Source: Polyangiales bacterium (GTDB lineage Bacteria; Myxococcota_A; Polyangia; Polyangiales; Polyangiaceae). From it: a stretch of DNA of 64,000 bases. Made by a program: the position numbers and the translations under genes. Positions 9,861 to 18,360 of the stretch are shown here, piece after piece. The notes under the pieces were generated by a model. It saw nothing but the letters and a program-made list of their open reading frames with translations. It was not told the DNA's origin and ran no database searches. Each line of letters begins with the position of its first letter. The stretch's first letter is position 1. The stretch is from NCBI GenBank assembly GCA_038230375.1, contig JBBRNJ010000050.1, positions 1 to 64,000 of the forward strand. The letters are read 5' to 3'.

Positions 9861-10327
9861 TTTTGGGCCCACGTGGAGATGACGGTGACCGCAGGATCAT
9901 CCTTCGCGAAGATGGCGCGCGGGTGATTCGCGCCGGTCGGACGCACGTAGATCGGGGCGGTCAGGTAATCCCGGCTCATCTCCAGCGAGGCCGACTGGAA
10001 GTTCGACTCCGCAGGGCTACCCGCGCCGATCTTCGTCTGATCGGGTTTGTCATTCGCGTCGCATGGGACCGGCGCGTGGTCGATCAGGGCCATTCCGCTC
10101 ACGGCCGAGGAGTTGAAATGGCAGCCTCCAGAGCGGTCGCCAGCGCCCGGATCGCCCGGCCCGCACTTCTTCGCAAAGAGGACCTCGGGCTCGACGTGGC
10201 AGAAGAAGAAGCTCTGGTCGAAGGTCTCGTCCGAAACGACGAAATTCTGGCCGGGGTCGACGCGCTCGCACGCGCCCAGAGCAAAGGCAGCAAGGGCTGC
10301 GACGGCTAACCCAGCGATACGCTTCAC
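9857..10327 (-). CDS. Lipoprotein with possible atypical heme-binding motif (CX13CH)
   Basis: GTG start, lipobox LGAC, F.CHVEPEVL...KC-x13-CH. Confidence 0.75.
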   Translation of the reverse strand: MKRIAGLAVAALAAFALGACERVDPGQNFVVSDETFDQSFFFCHVEPEVLFAKKCGPGDPGAGDRSGGCHFNSSAVSGMALIDHAPVPCDANDKPDQTKIGAGSPAESNFQSASLEMSRDYLTAPIYVRPTGANHPRAIFAKDDPAVTVISTWAQK

Positions 10328-10748
10328 CGAGGCGGATAGTCTCGGATCCGACCCGCTCGTTGCAAGTCTTTCCCTCGCTCCCCAGCCCGTAAACGTGGAC
10401 CTGCCCGGATGGGGTTGCCCCCGCCCGCCTTTGCGTCCCCCACCACACGTCCGCGTGGCCCGCAAGCCACGTCGGGCGTCCCCCACCGACCTGAGACGCC
10501 GATCCATTACGGATAAATTATCGAAAGGACTTCGATTGTATTTTCCAGCCTCTACGATGGATGATGGAACGTTCCGTGCGAACGTCCTGGGCAGGTTTGT
10601 GTTGATCTTGCACCCCCAAGATTTGTAGAAATTGGCCCATCCCCCGAGGCCTGTCGTAGCTTATCTTACATGTAGGTGACCCCACGGTGCCTGCAGACGC
10701 TGTCCAGATGGGCGGTGTCGATACGAAGCCCCCGGAGAACTCGCAACC

Positions 10749-10946
10749 ATGAAGCTGACCCCCTGGTATCTCGCCGCCCTGGCCCCGCTCGCTGTCGCTG
10801 GTTGTTCTGGCGCCTTCCTCGGCCACTTCGCGGTGCTTGCCGTCACCATCGGGATCTTCGTGGGCACGCTCTCGCTGGGCAAGACCAAGGCGGACCTCGC
10901 CGCCCAGCAAGCGATCGCGTCCGTCGATACTGGCCCCCGCGCCTGA
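10749..10946 (+). CDS. Small membrane (lipo)protein
   Basis: GGAG RBS upstream, lipobox-like AVAGC followed by a hydrophobic helix. Confidence 0.65.
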   Translation: MKLTPWYLAALAPLAVAGCSGAFLGHFAVLAVTIGIFVGTLSLGKTKADLAAQQAIASVDTGPRA

Positions 10947-10964
10947 CCGAGATAGCCTGCGCAC

Positions 10965-12029
10965 GTGGACCGGCTGAAGAACCTCGAGGAGTTCACGCTC
11001 GCAGATCTAGAGGCCGTTCGCCTCGGGCTCCGCGGTGACTCCGTCATCGACTGGCACCGTCTGAATCTGAAGACGGAGGCGGAGATCGAAGAGTTCCTGA
11101 TCGCCCAGGAGTTCATGCCGAACGACGCGAAGGATCGCGACCGCATGGACTCCATCAAGGCGGAAGCGGTGAGCTACCTGCGCCGCCACTTCGAGTATCC
11201 GATCCCGAAGCCCGTCGAGACCGCGAGCATCGAGGACCTGTTCAAGCTCGCGGCGGGCACGGGACATCGGCAGACGTGCGCGTGCACGATCCTGAAGTGC
11301 ATGCACATCATCCATCACCTTGATGGGCGCGAGCTGCTCTTCCTGCTGCCCATGTCCGACCAGGACATCTTCCACCTCGTCGAGGAGAAGGTGTACCGCG
11401 TGATCGGCAGCATGCTCGCGGGCGGCTTCCCCATCACGGAGTTCATCGGCGGTCGCAAGAACAAGGACTCGCTCTACACGAAGCTGCTCTCCAAGCAGGA
11501 GACCGTGGCGGCGCAGGTCTTCGACAAGCTGCGCTTCCGTATCGTCACGCGCGAGCGCGAGGACATCTTCCCGATCATCTCTTACCTGACGAAGAAGCTC
11601 TTTCCGTTCAACTACGTCATCCCCGGACAGAGCATCAACTCGATCTTCCACTTCAAGAAGTACTGCGAGAAGAACCCGCATCTGGGCCCGATGCTCCCGG
11701 AGATGCAGGCCGGCAAGGACGAGGACTTCACGCTCTCGGACAACGTCTTCACCGCAGACAATTACCGCATCATCCACTTCGTCGTGGACATGCCGGTTCG
11801 CCTGCCCAAGCGCATCCTCGATCGCGCGCCGCCGGGCGCCACGCGCCTTGGGCCCGTCGTGTTCGTCATCTGCGAGTTCCAGGTGATCGACCGCGAGACC
11901 GAGTCGAAGAACGAGCTCGGCGATGCATCCCATGCAAAGTACAAGGAACGTCAGAAGCGCGCGGTGATGCGCCGCCTCCAGCTCGGTATGCGCGAGATGA
12001 AGGTCCCGGGCCGCACCAAGAAGAAGTAG
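10965..12029 (+). CDS. TIGR04552-like protein (RelA/SpoT-like nucleotidyltransferase fold)
   Basis: LRGDSVIDW, K..DSLYTKLL.K, FDKLRFRIVT, YRIIHFVVD and EFQVID motifs characteristic of this myxobacterial family. Confidence 0.75.
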   Translation: MDRLKNLEEFTLADLEAVRLGLRGDSVIDWHRLNLKTEAEIEEFLIAQEFMPNDAKDRDRMDSIKAEAVSYLRRHFEYPIPKPVETASIEDLFKLAAGTGHRQTCACTILKCMHIIHHLDGRELLFLLPMSDQDIFHLVEEKVYRVIGSMLAGGFPITEFIGGRKNKDSLYTKLLSKQETVAAQVFDKLRFRIVTREREDIFPIISYLTKKLFPFNYVIPGQSINSIFHFKKYCEKNPHLGPMLPEMQAGKDEDFTLSDNVFTADNYRIIHFVVDMPVRLPKRILDRAPPGATRLGPVVFVICEFQVIDRETESKNELGDASHAKYKERQKRAVMRRLQLGMREMKVPGRTKKK

Positions 12030-12071
12030 CGAGCGCGCGTTTCGCGTGCGCCGAGGGAGCCGCGTCGGGGA

Positions 12072-12812
12072 TCAGCCGTAGATCGCGAGCTTGATGAAGC
12101 GGATCGCCACGGGCAGCGCGGCCAGGAACACGACCAGGCAGAACGCGCCCGCGGACAGGAGCATCCCCATCTTGACGGCGTGCGCATCGTCCACCTTGAG
12201 CGCGTCCTCGAACATCTTCACGCGGTCCTGGCGGTTCGCGACACGCGCCTCGAGCAGCTCGTTGCGGAGCTCGTGCTTTCGCCACAGCACGCGCGCGGCG
12301 TACATGGGCATCTGCCAGATGGCCTCGGGTGGGTCCCCGTACTCGGCCACGTCCATGGCCGCGCGGATCTCGGGCGGCAGCTCGTGACGCTTCAGGCGGC
12401 GCGGCTTGGGAGGCGGCGCCGGGCGGGGCGGCGGGACCGCGAGCAGCATCTGCCCCTGTGATGGCGGCGCCTCCGGGAACTGCCCGGACGAGAGCGAGGG
12501 CGGCGGATGCGCGAGCATGCCGCTCGACGAGGGACCTGCCGGAGGCACCTGCTGGTGGCCTGACCCGTAGCCCCCACCCGAAGGTGGCGCCGGTGGGTAA
12601 CCACCCTGGGGATGGCCGGGGTGGGGATGCGAGGGCGGCGGCTGCGGATGTGACGGCTGGGGGTGCGAAGCGGGCGCCGCGTCGAGCTCGATGCTGATGC
12701 CAGCGCCACCGCCTTCGAAGTCGCCGATGTCGAGATCGCGACTGCGCCCAGCGCGCGGCTTGCCGCCGGTCTCGCCGGGTCCCGGCTTGTTGCCGCCACC
12801 TTCGTTGGACAT
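12072..12812 (-). CDS. Hypothetical Pro-rich protein with C-terminal TM helix
   Basis: Low-complexity P/H/S/Q region, then a helical domain and a C-terminal hydrophobic segment. Confidence 0.75.
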   Translation of the reverse strand: MSNEGGGNKPGPGETGGKPRAGRSRDLDIGDFEGGGAGISIELDAAPASHPQPSHPQPPPSHPHPGHPQGGYPPAPPSGGGYGSGHQQVPPAGPSSSGMLAHPPPSLSSGQFPEAPPSQGQMLLAVPPPRPAPPPKPRRLKRHELPPEIRAAMDVAEYGDPPEAIWQMPMYAARVLWRKHELRNELLEARVANRQDRVKMFEDALKVDDAHAVKMGMLLSAGAFCLVVFLAALPVAIRFIKLAIYG

Positions 12813-12876
12813 GATCGAATTATCGCTGGGCCCGTTTTTAACTGCAACGTTCGTCCATTCCCGGTAGCCTTTTCGC

Positions 12877-13389
12877 ATGCGTTTTTTCAGCTCGCAGGTG
12901 ACCCCCATCAGCACGGAGATCGTCCGTGTGCTGCTCTCCAAGGGGGACATCGAGACGGAGTCGCCGCGCGAGGTCGAGGCAGACGTCGCGAGCGTGCTCA
13001 ACACGTACCTTGCGGCCGAAAAGGACGTGGGCGACCGCGCGAAGGAGCTCCTCGAGCGCACCGGTCGCGGCACGTCGGAGTACTCCCGGGTGCGCACGCA
13101 GATGGCCGAGAGCAAGGGCATCAAGGTCGGCGATGAGGCGCTCGACTACATCCTGGACCAGGTGGTGGAGATCTTCCATCACTCGCAGAACGTGGAAGAG
13201 ATCTTCGTCGAGGACGTGGAGCTGCGGCGCAAGATGGCGCCCGTCTTCAAGCGGTTCATGGCGCAAGAGGGCGATCTCGACGGCGAGGTGCGCGCGCAGC
13301 TGAAGCACGTTCGCGAAGGAACGCACACCTGGGACATCGAGTACGCGCGTGTGCTGGAGGCCACGAAGCGGAAGAAGGGCCTGATGTGA
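12877..13389 (+). CDS. DUF507-family-like protein
   Basis: Acidic helical protein with VEEIFVEDVELRRK and a C-terminal KRKKGL; typical position upstream of yicC. Confidence 0.65.
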   Translation: MRFFSSQVTPISTEIVRVLLSKGDIETESPREVEADVASVLNTYLAAEKDVGDRAKELLERTGRGTSEYSRVRTQMAESKGIKVGDEALDYILDQVVEIFHHSQNVEEIFVEDVELRRKMAPVFKRFMAQEGDLDGEVRAQLKHVREGTHTWDIEYARVLEATKRKKGLM

Positions 13390-13402
13390 GGCTGGCTCTC
13401 GC

Positions 13403-14320
13403 GTGATCCGCAGCATGACGGGCTTCGGGAGCGGGCGGGTGCCCGTGCTCGCCGAGAGCACCGAGGGTGCGATCCCGCGGGCCCCCAGCGGATATCTCGT
13501 GGTCGAGCTGCGGGCGACGAACCACAAGTACAACGAGGTCCGCGTGAACGCGCCACGCGAGCTCGCCTTCCTCGCAGGGCCGTGCGAAGCGCGCATTCGC
13601 GCACGCATGGAGCGAGGCGCGGTGGATGCGCGGCTCACGGCCGAGGGCGAGTCCTGGAGCCGCCCCGAGATCGACCTGCCGCGCGCGCGGGCAGCCTACG
13701 CAGCGCTCACGGGTCTGGCCGCGGAGCTGTCGCCTGGCGTGCGGGTGCCGGTCGAGGCGCTGCTGTCGCTCCCAGACATGTTCGTGAGCGGTGTGGCCGC
13801 GCACAAGACGGAGCTGGAGGCTGCGGCGGTGCGCGCGGTGGATGCTGCCGTGTCGGACCTCTTCCGCATGCAAGAGACCGAGGGCGAGAGCCTTGCGCTC
13901 GACATGACCGCGCGCCTCTCGCGGCTCCTGTCGCTGGCAGAGAAGATCGCGGTGCGACAGCCCGAGGTGCTCGCTGCCCGCCGCGCCCGTCTTCTGGCGC
14001 GGACGCGCGAGCTCCTCGAGGGACGCGGCGGGGAGTTCTCCCAGGTTCGTGTCGAGCAGGAGATCGTCCTCCTGGCGGAAAAGTACGACACCGCGGAGGA
14101 GAAGACGCGGCTCGCGAGCCACGTCGCCCAGTGCCTTGCAGCGCTTTTGCCGGGTGCGCCCGTACCGGCAGGCAAGCGGCTGGACTTCCTGCTCCAGGAG
14201 GTGGGCCGGGAGATCACGACCATGGGCGCCAAGTCGGAGGACGCCGAGATCGCCCAGGTCGTCGTGGAGATGAAGACCGAGGCCGCCAAATTGCGCGAAC
14301 AGGTCCAGAATATCGTGTAA
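13403..14320 (+). CDS. yicC: YicC/YloC family endoribonuclease
   Basis: MIRSMTGFG N-terminus, GKRLDFLLQE..RE..T.GAK, LREQVQN. Confidence 0.95.
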   Translation: MIRSMTGFGSGRVPVLAESTEGAIPRAPSGYLVVELRATNHKYNEVRVNAPRELAFLAGPCEARIRARMERGAVDARLTAEGESWSRPEIDLPRARAAYAALTGLAAELSPGVRVPVEALLSLPDMFVSGVAAHKTELEAAAVRAVDAAVSDLFRMQETEGESLALDMTARLSRLLSLAEKIAVRQPEVLAARRARLLARTRELLEGRGGEFSQVRVEQEIVLLAEKYDTAEEKTRLASHVAQCLAALLPGAPVPAGKRLDFLLQEVGREITTMGAKSEDAEIAQVVVEMKTEAAKLREQVQNIV

Positions 14321-14334
14321 ATTCGATCGGCCAC

Positions 14335-14976
14335 ATGAGCGTCGTCCCCGACGATTTCCTGCTTCTCATTCTCTCCTCGCCCAGCGGCGCGGGAAAGACC
14401 ACGCTCACCCGCAAGCTGGAAGCGCGGTTCCCCGAGCTGCTCTTCAGCGTCTCGCACACCACGCGGAAGCCCCGCGCGACCGAGGTGGACGGCCGCGACT
14501 ACTACTTCGTGGATCGCGAGACGTTCGTGAAGAAGGCCGCCGCCGGAGATTTTCTCGAGTGGGCAGAGGTCCACGGAAACCTGTACGGCACGAGCACCAA
14601 CGAGGTCGCGCGCGCCAAGGCTGCATCAGGTTGTCGTGGGATGATCTTCGACATCGACTACCAGGGCGCGCGGCAGATCCGTGCGCGGGAGCCGCAGGTC
14701 GTGTCCGTGTTCATCCTTCCGCCGTCGATGGAGGAGCTGGAGCGACGCTTGCGCGGGCGTGCGAGCGAGACCGAAGAGGTCGTCCAGCGGCGCTTCCGGG
14801 TCGCGGAGCAGGAGATCGAGCAGTACGCGTTCTTCGACTACCTGGTCCTGAACGACAACCTCGAGGACGCATTCGCGCACCTCTCGTCGGTGATCCTCGC
14901 CGAGCGCTCTCGACGCTGGCGAATCGCGCCGCTTGCGGAGTCATTGCTTCGCGACAAGAAGGCGCGTCTCAAGTAG
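14335..14976 (+). CDS. gmk: Guanylate kinase
   Basis: SSPSGAGKTT, SVSHTTRKPR..EVDGRDYYF, EWAEVHGNLYGT, DIDYQGA. Confidence 0.97.
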   Translation: MSVVPDDFLLLILSSPSGAGKTTLTRKLEARFPELLFSVSHTTRKPRATEVDGRDYYFVDRETFVKKAAAGDFLEWAEVHGNLYGTSTNEVARAKAASGCRGMIFDIDYQGARQIRAREPQVVSVFILPPSMEELERRLRGRASETEEVVQRRFRVAEQEIEQYAFFDYLVLNDNLEDAFAHLSSVILAERSRRWRIAPLAESLLRDKKARLK

Positions 14977-15007
14977 AAGCCGCGCGGGCTGTCAGAAGGA
15001 GAAATCG

Positions 15008-15874
15008 ATGGGTCACACGCTCGCCGTGTTGGGAGGCAGCGGCCTCTATGAAATGGACGGCCTCACGGACAAGACGGAGCTCACGCAGGACACGCCGTTC
15101 GGCGCGCCGAGCGACAAGATCGTTCGCGGCAAGCTCGGTGACACGACGCTCCTCTTCTTGCCGCGCCACGGTCGTGGCCATCGGGTCCCGCCCCACGCGA
15201 TCAACTACCGCGCGAACATCGCTGCGCTGAAGCTCGCCGGCGCGACGCACCTCGTGAGCGTGTCGGCGGTCGGCTCCATGAAGGAGGAGATCGAGCCCAC
15301 GCACCTTGTCTGCGTCGATCAGTTCATCGACCTCACGAAGAAGCGGGCGAGCACGTTCTTCGACGAGGCCGCCGCGCATGTCTCGTTCGCAGACCCCGTG
15401 TGTCGCGACCTCGCGGAGGCGCTCGCGCAGGCCTCGTCCCGCGCCGGGGCGAAGGTCCACAAGGGCGGCACCTACGTGTGCATCGACGGACCGCAGTTCT
15501 CGACGCGCGCGGAGAGCCTTGTCTACCGCAGCTGGGGCGTTTCCGTGATCGGCATGACCGCGATGCCGGAGGCCAAGCTCGCCCGTGAGGCGGAGCTCCC
15601 GTACGCGACGCTGGCGCTCGCGACCGACTACGACTGCTGGCACGAGAGCGCGGAACCGGTCACGGTGGAGGCGGTGGTCGCGACCATGAAGACGAACGTC
15701 ATCGCCGCGAAGCGCGCCATCGCGGAGCTCGCGCGCACACTGCCGGACCCGAAGAAGAGCCCGGCATCCACGGCGCTCGCTGGCGCCGTCATGAGCCACG
15801 ACCAGGGCGTCACGACCGAGGCGCGCGCCAAGCTATCGTGGCTAGGGATCTTTTCTGCTAAGGGGACGGCGTGA
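15008..15874 (+). CDS. mtnP: S-methyl-5'-thioadenosine phosphorylase
   Basis: GGSGLY, TPFGAPS, PRHGRGH, NYRANI, GPQFSTRAES, GMT..PEAKLARE, TDYDCW. Confidence 0.93.
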   Translation: MGHTLAVLGGSGLYEMDGLTDKTELTQDTPFGAPSDKIVRGKLGDTTLLFLPRHGRGHRVPPHAINYRANIAALKLAGATHLVSVSAVGSMKEEIEPTHLVCVDQFIDLTKKRASTFFDEAAAHVSFADPVCRDLAEALAQASSRAGAKVHKGGTYVCIDGPQFSTRAESLVYRSWGVSVIGMTAMPEAKLAREAELPYATLALATDYDCWHESAEPVTVEAVVATMKTNVIAAKRAIAELARTLPDPKKSPASTALAGAVMSHDQGVTTEARAKLSWLGIFSAKGTA

Positions 15875-16812
15875 AATCGCACCTGCTCATCGTCGGCTCG
15901 CTCGCGTTCGACGATCTCGAGATGCCGTTCGGCACATTCGAGAACGTCGTCGGCGGCGCCGCCACCTACTCCGCGCTTGCCGCTTCCCTCTTCACACAGG
16001 TGCGCGTCGTTGGCGTGGTGGGCGCTGATTTTCCTGAGGACACGCTCTCCAAGATCGCCGGGCGTGGCGTGGACACCCGAGGCGTCGAGCGCGCGAACGG
16101 CAAGACCTTCCGCTGGCGCGGCCGCTACTCCAAGGACCTCTCGAGCCGCGAGTCACTCGACACGCAGCTCAACGTCTTCGCCGACTTCCGCCCGAAGATC
16201 ATCCCCGAGTACCGCGACTCGCAGTACGTGCTCCTCGGGAACATCCACCCTGCTCTCCAGCTCGAGGTGCTGTCCCAGGTGACCGCGCCGAAGCTCGTGG
16301 CCGCGGACACGATGAACTTCTGGATCTCGGGCGAGCGGAAGCTCCTCACGGACGTCCTCTCCAAGGTCTCGCTTCTGACCATCAACGACGAGGAGGCCCG
16401 CGACCTCTCCGGCGAGCACGCGCTCCCCAAGGCCGCCCGCGCCATCCGCGGCATGCTCGCTGCGGACAGCGGCCCACGGACGCTCATCATCAAGCGCGGC
16501 GAGCACGGCGCGCTCCTGTTCGACGAGCACGGCATGTTCTTCGTTCCCGCCTACCCACTCGAGGACGTGAAGGATCCCACGGGCGCGGGCGACAGCTTTG
16601 CGGGTGGTCTCCTCGGTCACCTCACGCGCACGGGCGACGTCTCCGCGCGTTCGCTGCGAGCGGCGATGTTCTACGGGTCGGCGCTCGGGTCCTTCTGCGT
16701 CGAGGACGTGGGCCCGTCGCGGCTGTTCACGCTGGAGAAGCAGGATCTCTCGCGTCGGCTCGACGGTTTCCGGAAGATGGTCGACAGCCACGGCGCCCTC
16801 GACGACGCCTGA
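15871..16812 (+). CDS. PfkB-family carbohydrate/nucleoside kinase
   Basis: GGAATY, DTMNFWI, KRGEHG, DPTGAGDSFAGG. Confidence 0.93.
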   Translation: MKSHLLIVGSLAFDDLEMPFGTFENVVGGAATYSALAASLFTQVRVVGVVGADFPEDTLSKIAGRGVDTRGVERANGKTFRWRGRYSKDLSSRESLDTQLNVFADFRPKIIPEYRDSQYVLLGNIHPALQLEVLSQVTAPKLVAADTMNFWISGERKLLTDVLSKVSLLTINDEEARDLSGEHALPKAARAIRGMLAADSGPRTLIIKRGEHGALLFDEHGMFFVPAYPLEDVKDPTGAGDSFAGGLLGHLTRTGDVSARSLRAAMFYGSALGSFCVEDVGPSRLFTLEKQDLSRRLDGFRKMVDSHGALDDA

Positions 16813-16929
16813 CTGGCCCCTTCTCCTCCCCTGCCGCTCCGCGTCAGCCCGCGTCAAAGAGGCATCCGTGTGTGGTGCCGAAATCGGCGTCCAAACGTGC
16901 CCGGTCGCTGTGGTATCTATCGAAGCCAC

Positions 16930-18108
16930 ATGGCACTCACTTCGATCAGGAAGCTTGCGTTGGGGGCTCTTGGCCTGTCGGCGAGCGGAGTCGTTGGCTT
17001 GGCGATCTTCACCGCCGCGTGCTCGGACGACCCTCACCTTCGCTCGGACGGCGGCTCGGACACGGTGGAGACCGACGGCGGCTGTGCCGCAGCGCCCGGA
17101 AATCTTCCGGCCGCCAACTGCGACAACTCGCCGCACACGTGCGATCCGCAGACCCCCACCTGCGCGATCGACGAGACGGCGTGCGGCAGCACCGCTACCT
17201 GCCTCCCGATCGGCGACAACAAGGGAAAGATGGTGCAAGATTTCCGCCTGCGCCGCCTCAACATCGTGTCGCCGCCGGCGCTCGCGAAGCAGTTCGTCCA
17301 GTCGACGGTCGTCACCACCAACATCGACCTCAACGCGAAGCAGTGCGGCGAGCTCGGCAAGGGTCTCTTCAACTGGCTCCTGCGCCTTGACCGCACGTCG
17401 AACACGCTCATCACGGGCGGCGCGCCTCCGCCGGACGACGCGCTCGCCAAGGGCTTCTGCTTCGCAGCGTTCACCACCGTGGACAACATCGGTATCCAGC
17501 CGATCACCACGAGCGTGACGTTCACCGGCGACACGTTCAAGACCAACGACAAGCTGAAGTTGAACATCCCGATCTTCCTGTCGCCCGACGTCTCGAGCGC
17601 GGTCATCCTTCCGATCGCGGACATCCAGCTCTCTGACGTGACGGTGTCGGCCGACAACAACTGCATCGGCACGTTCAACAAAGATTCGCTGGATCCCATG
17701 TGCTACGACGACCCGTCGACTTGCTACAAGTGGAACACCGCGGGCGCGCTCGGCGGGTACATCACCATCAAGGAAGCGGACAACGTCAACATCAAGGACC
17801 TGAACCAGTCCTTGTGCGCGTTCCTCACTGGCCTCAAGGATCCGGCGACGAACAAGTGCACGCGCGACGGAAGCGGCAACCTCCCCGCCACGGGTGACTA
17901 CTGCTCCGGCGCTACCACTGGAACCACCAAGGGCGCAGGCGGCTGCAAGGACTCGTTCTGGCTCGCCGCGACGTTCGCTGCCAGCGCCGCGAAGATCTTC
18001 GACGGCAAGGGCTCCGTGCCGGCCTGCAGCGGCACGATCATCACGCCCAAGGATGCAGGAACCGATTCGGGCGATGCCGGCCCTGCCGATGCGGCGGGTG
18101 GCGGATAG
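16930..18108 (+). CDS. Cys-rich hypothetical lipoprotein with DAG-rich tail
   Basis: Lipobox TAAC, many Cys, C-terminal DAGTDSGDAGPADAAGGG. Confidence 0.85.
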   Translation: MALTSIRKLALGALGLSASGVVGLAIFTAACSDDPHLRSDGGSDTVETDGGCAAAPGNLPAANCDNSPHTCDPQTPTCAIDETACGSTATCLPIGDNKGKMVQDFRLRRLNIVSPPALAKQFVQSTVVTTNIDLNAKQCGELGKGLFNWLLRLDRTSNTLITGGAPPPDDALAKGFCFAAFTTVDNIGIQPITTSVTFTGDTFKTNDKLKLNIPIFLSPDVSSAVILPIADIQLSDVTVSADNNCIGTFNKDSLDPMCYDDPSTCYKWNTAGALGGYITIKEADNVNIKDLNQSLCAFLTGLKDPATNKCTRDGSGNLPATGDYCSGATTGTTKGAGGCKDSFWLAATFAASAAKIFDGKGSVPACSGTIITPKDAGTDSGDAGPADAAGGG

Positions 18109-18200
18109 TATCTGGTCGACCTCGCAAGCCCTCGGAACTCCGCGTAACCGGCGCCTCCGAGACGGATTTGTCTCCTAAATGATTCGCGCGTGAGACGTCA

Positions 18201-18228
18201 CCGACGCTGGCTTTTTGAGCAGCGTCGG
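18201..18228. terminator. Stem-loop in the intergenic region upstream of the large lipoprotein gene
   Basis: CCGACGCTG-N10-CAGCGTCGG, a perfect 9-bp stem. Confidence 0.45.
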
Positions 18229-18360
18229 CCATGATGCGCTCGCACTGCTAAATGGGCGCAACAACGCGTTGCGTCAACGGAATCCTTCGATGGATCGCCG
18301 GACGCACCTGTAAAAGTTAAGGTGCGTGCGGGCAGCACGCGCGCTCTCGGGAGGACACGT

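Noticed and set aside
10501..10531. dif site (AT-rich ...GATAAATTATC...)
   Set aside because: No XerD arm (TTATGT..A) at the required 6-bp spacing on either strand.
13582..14334. N-terminally extended 464-aa guanylate kinase
   Set aside because: The extension overlaps yicC out of frame; the real start is ATG 14335. The same artefact affects the ORF-track starts of panB, mtnP, trpG, pgi, the Mec-like gene and others.
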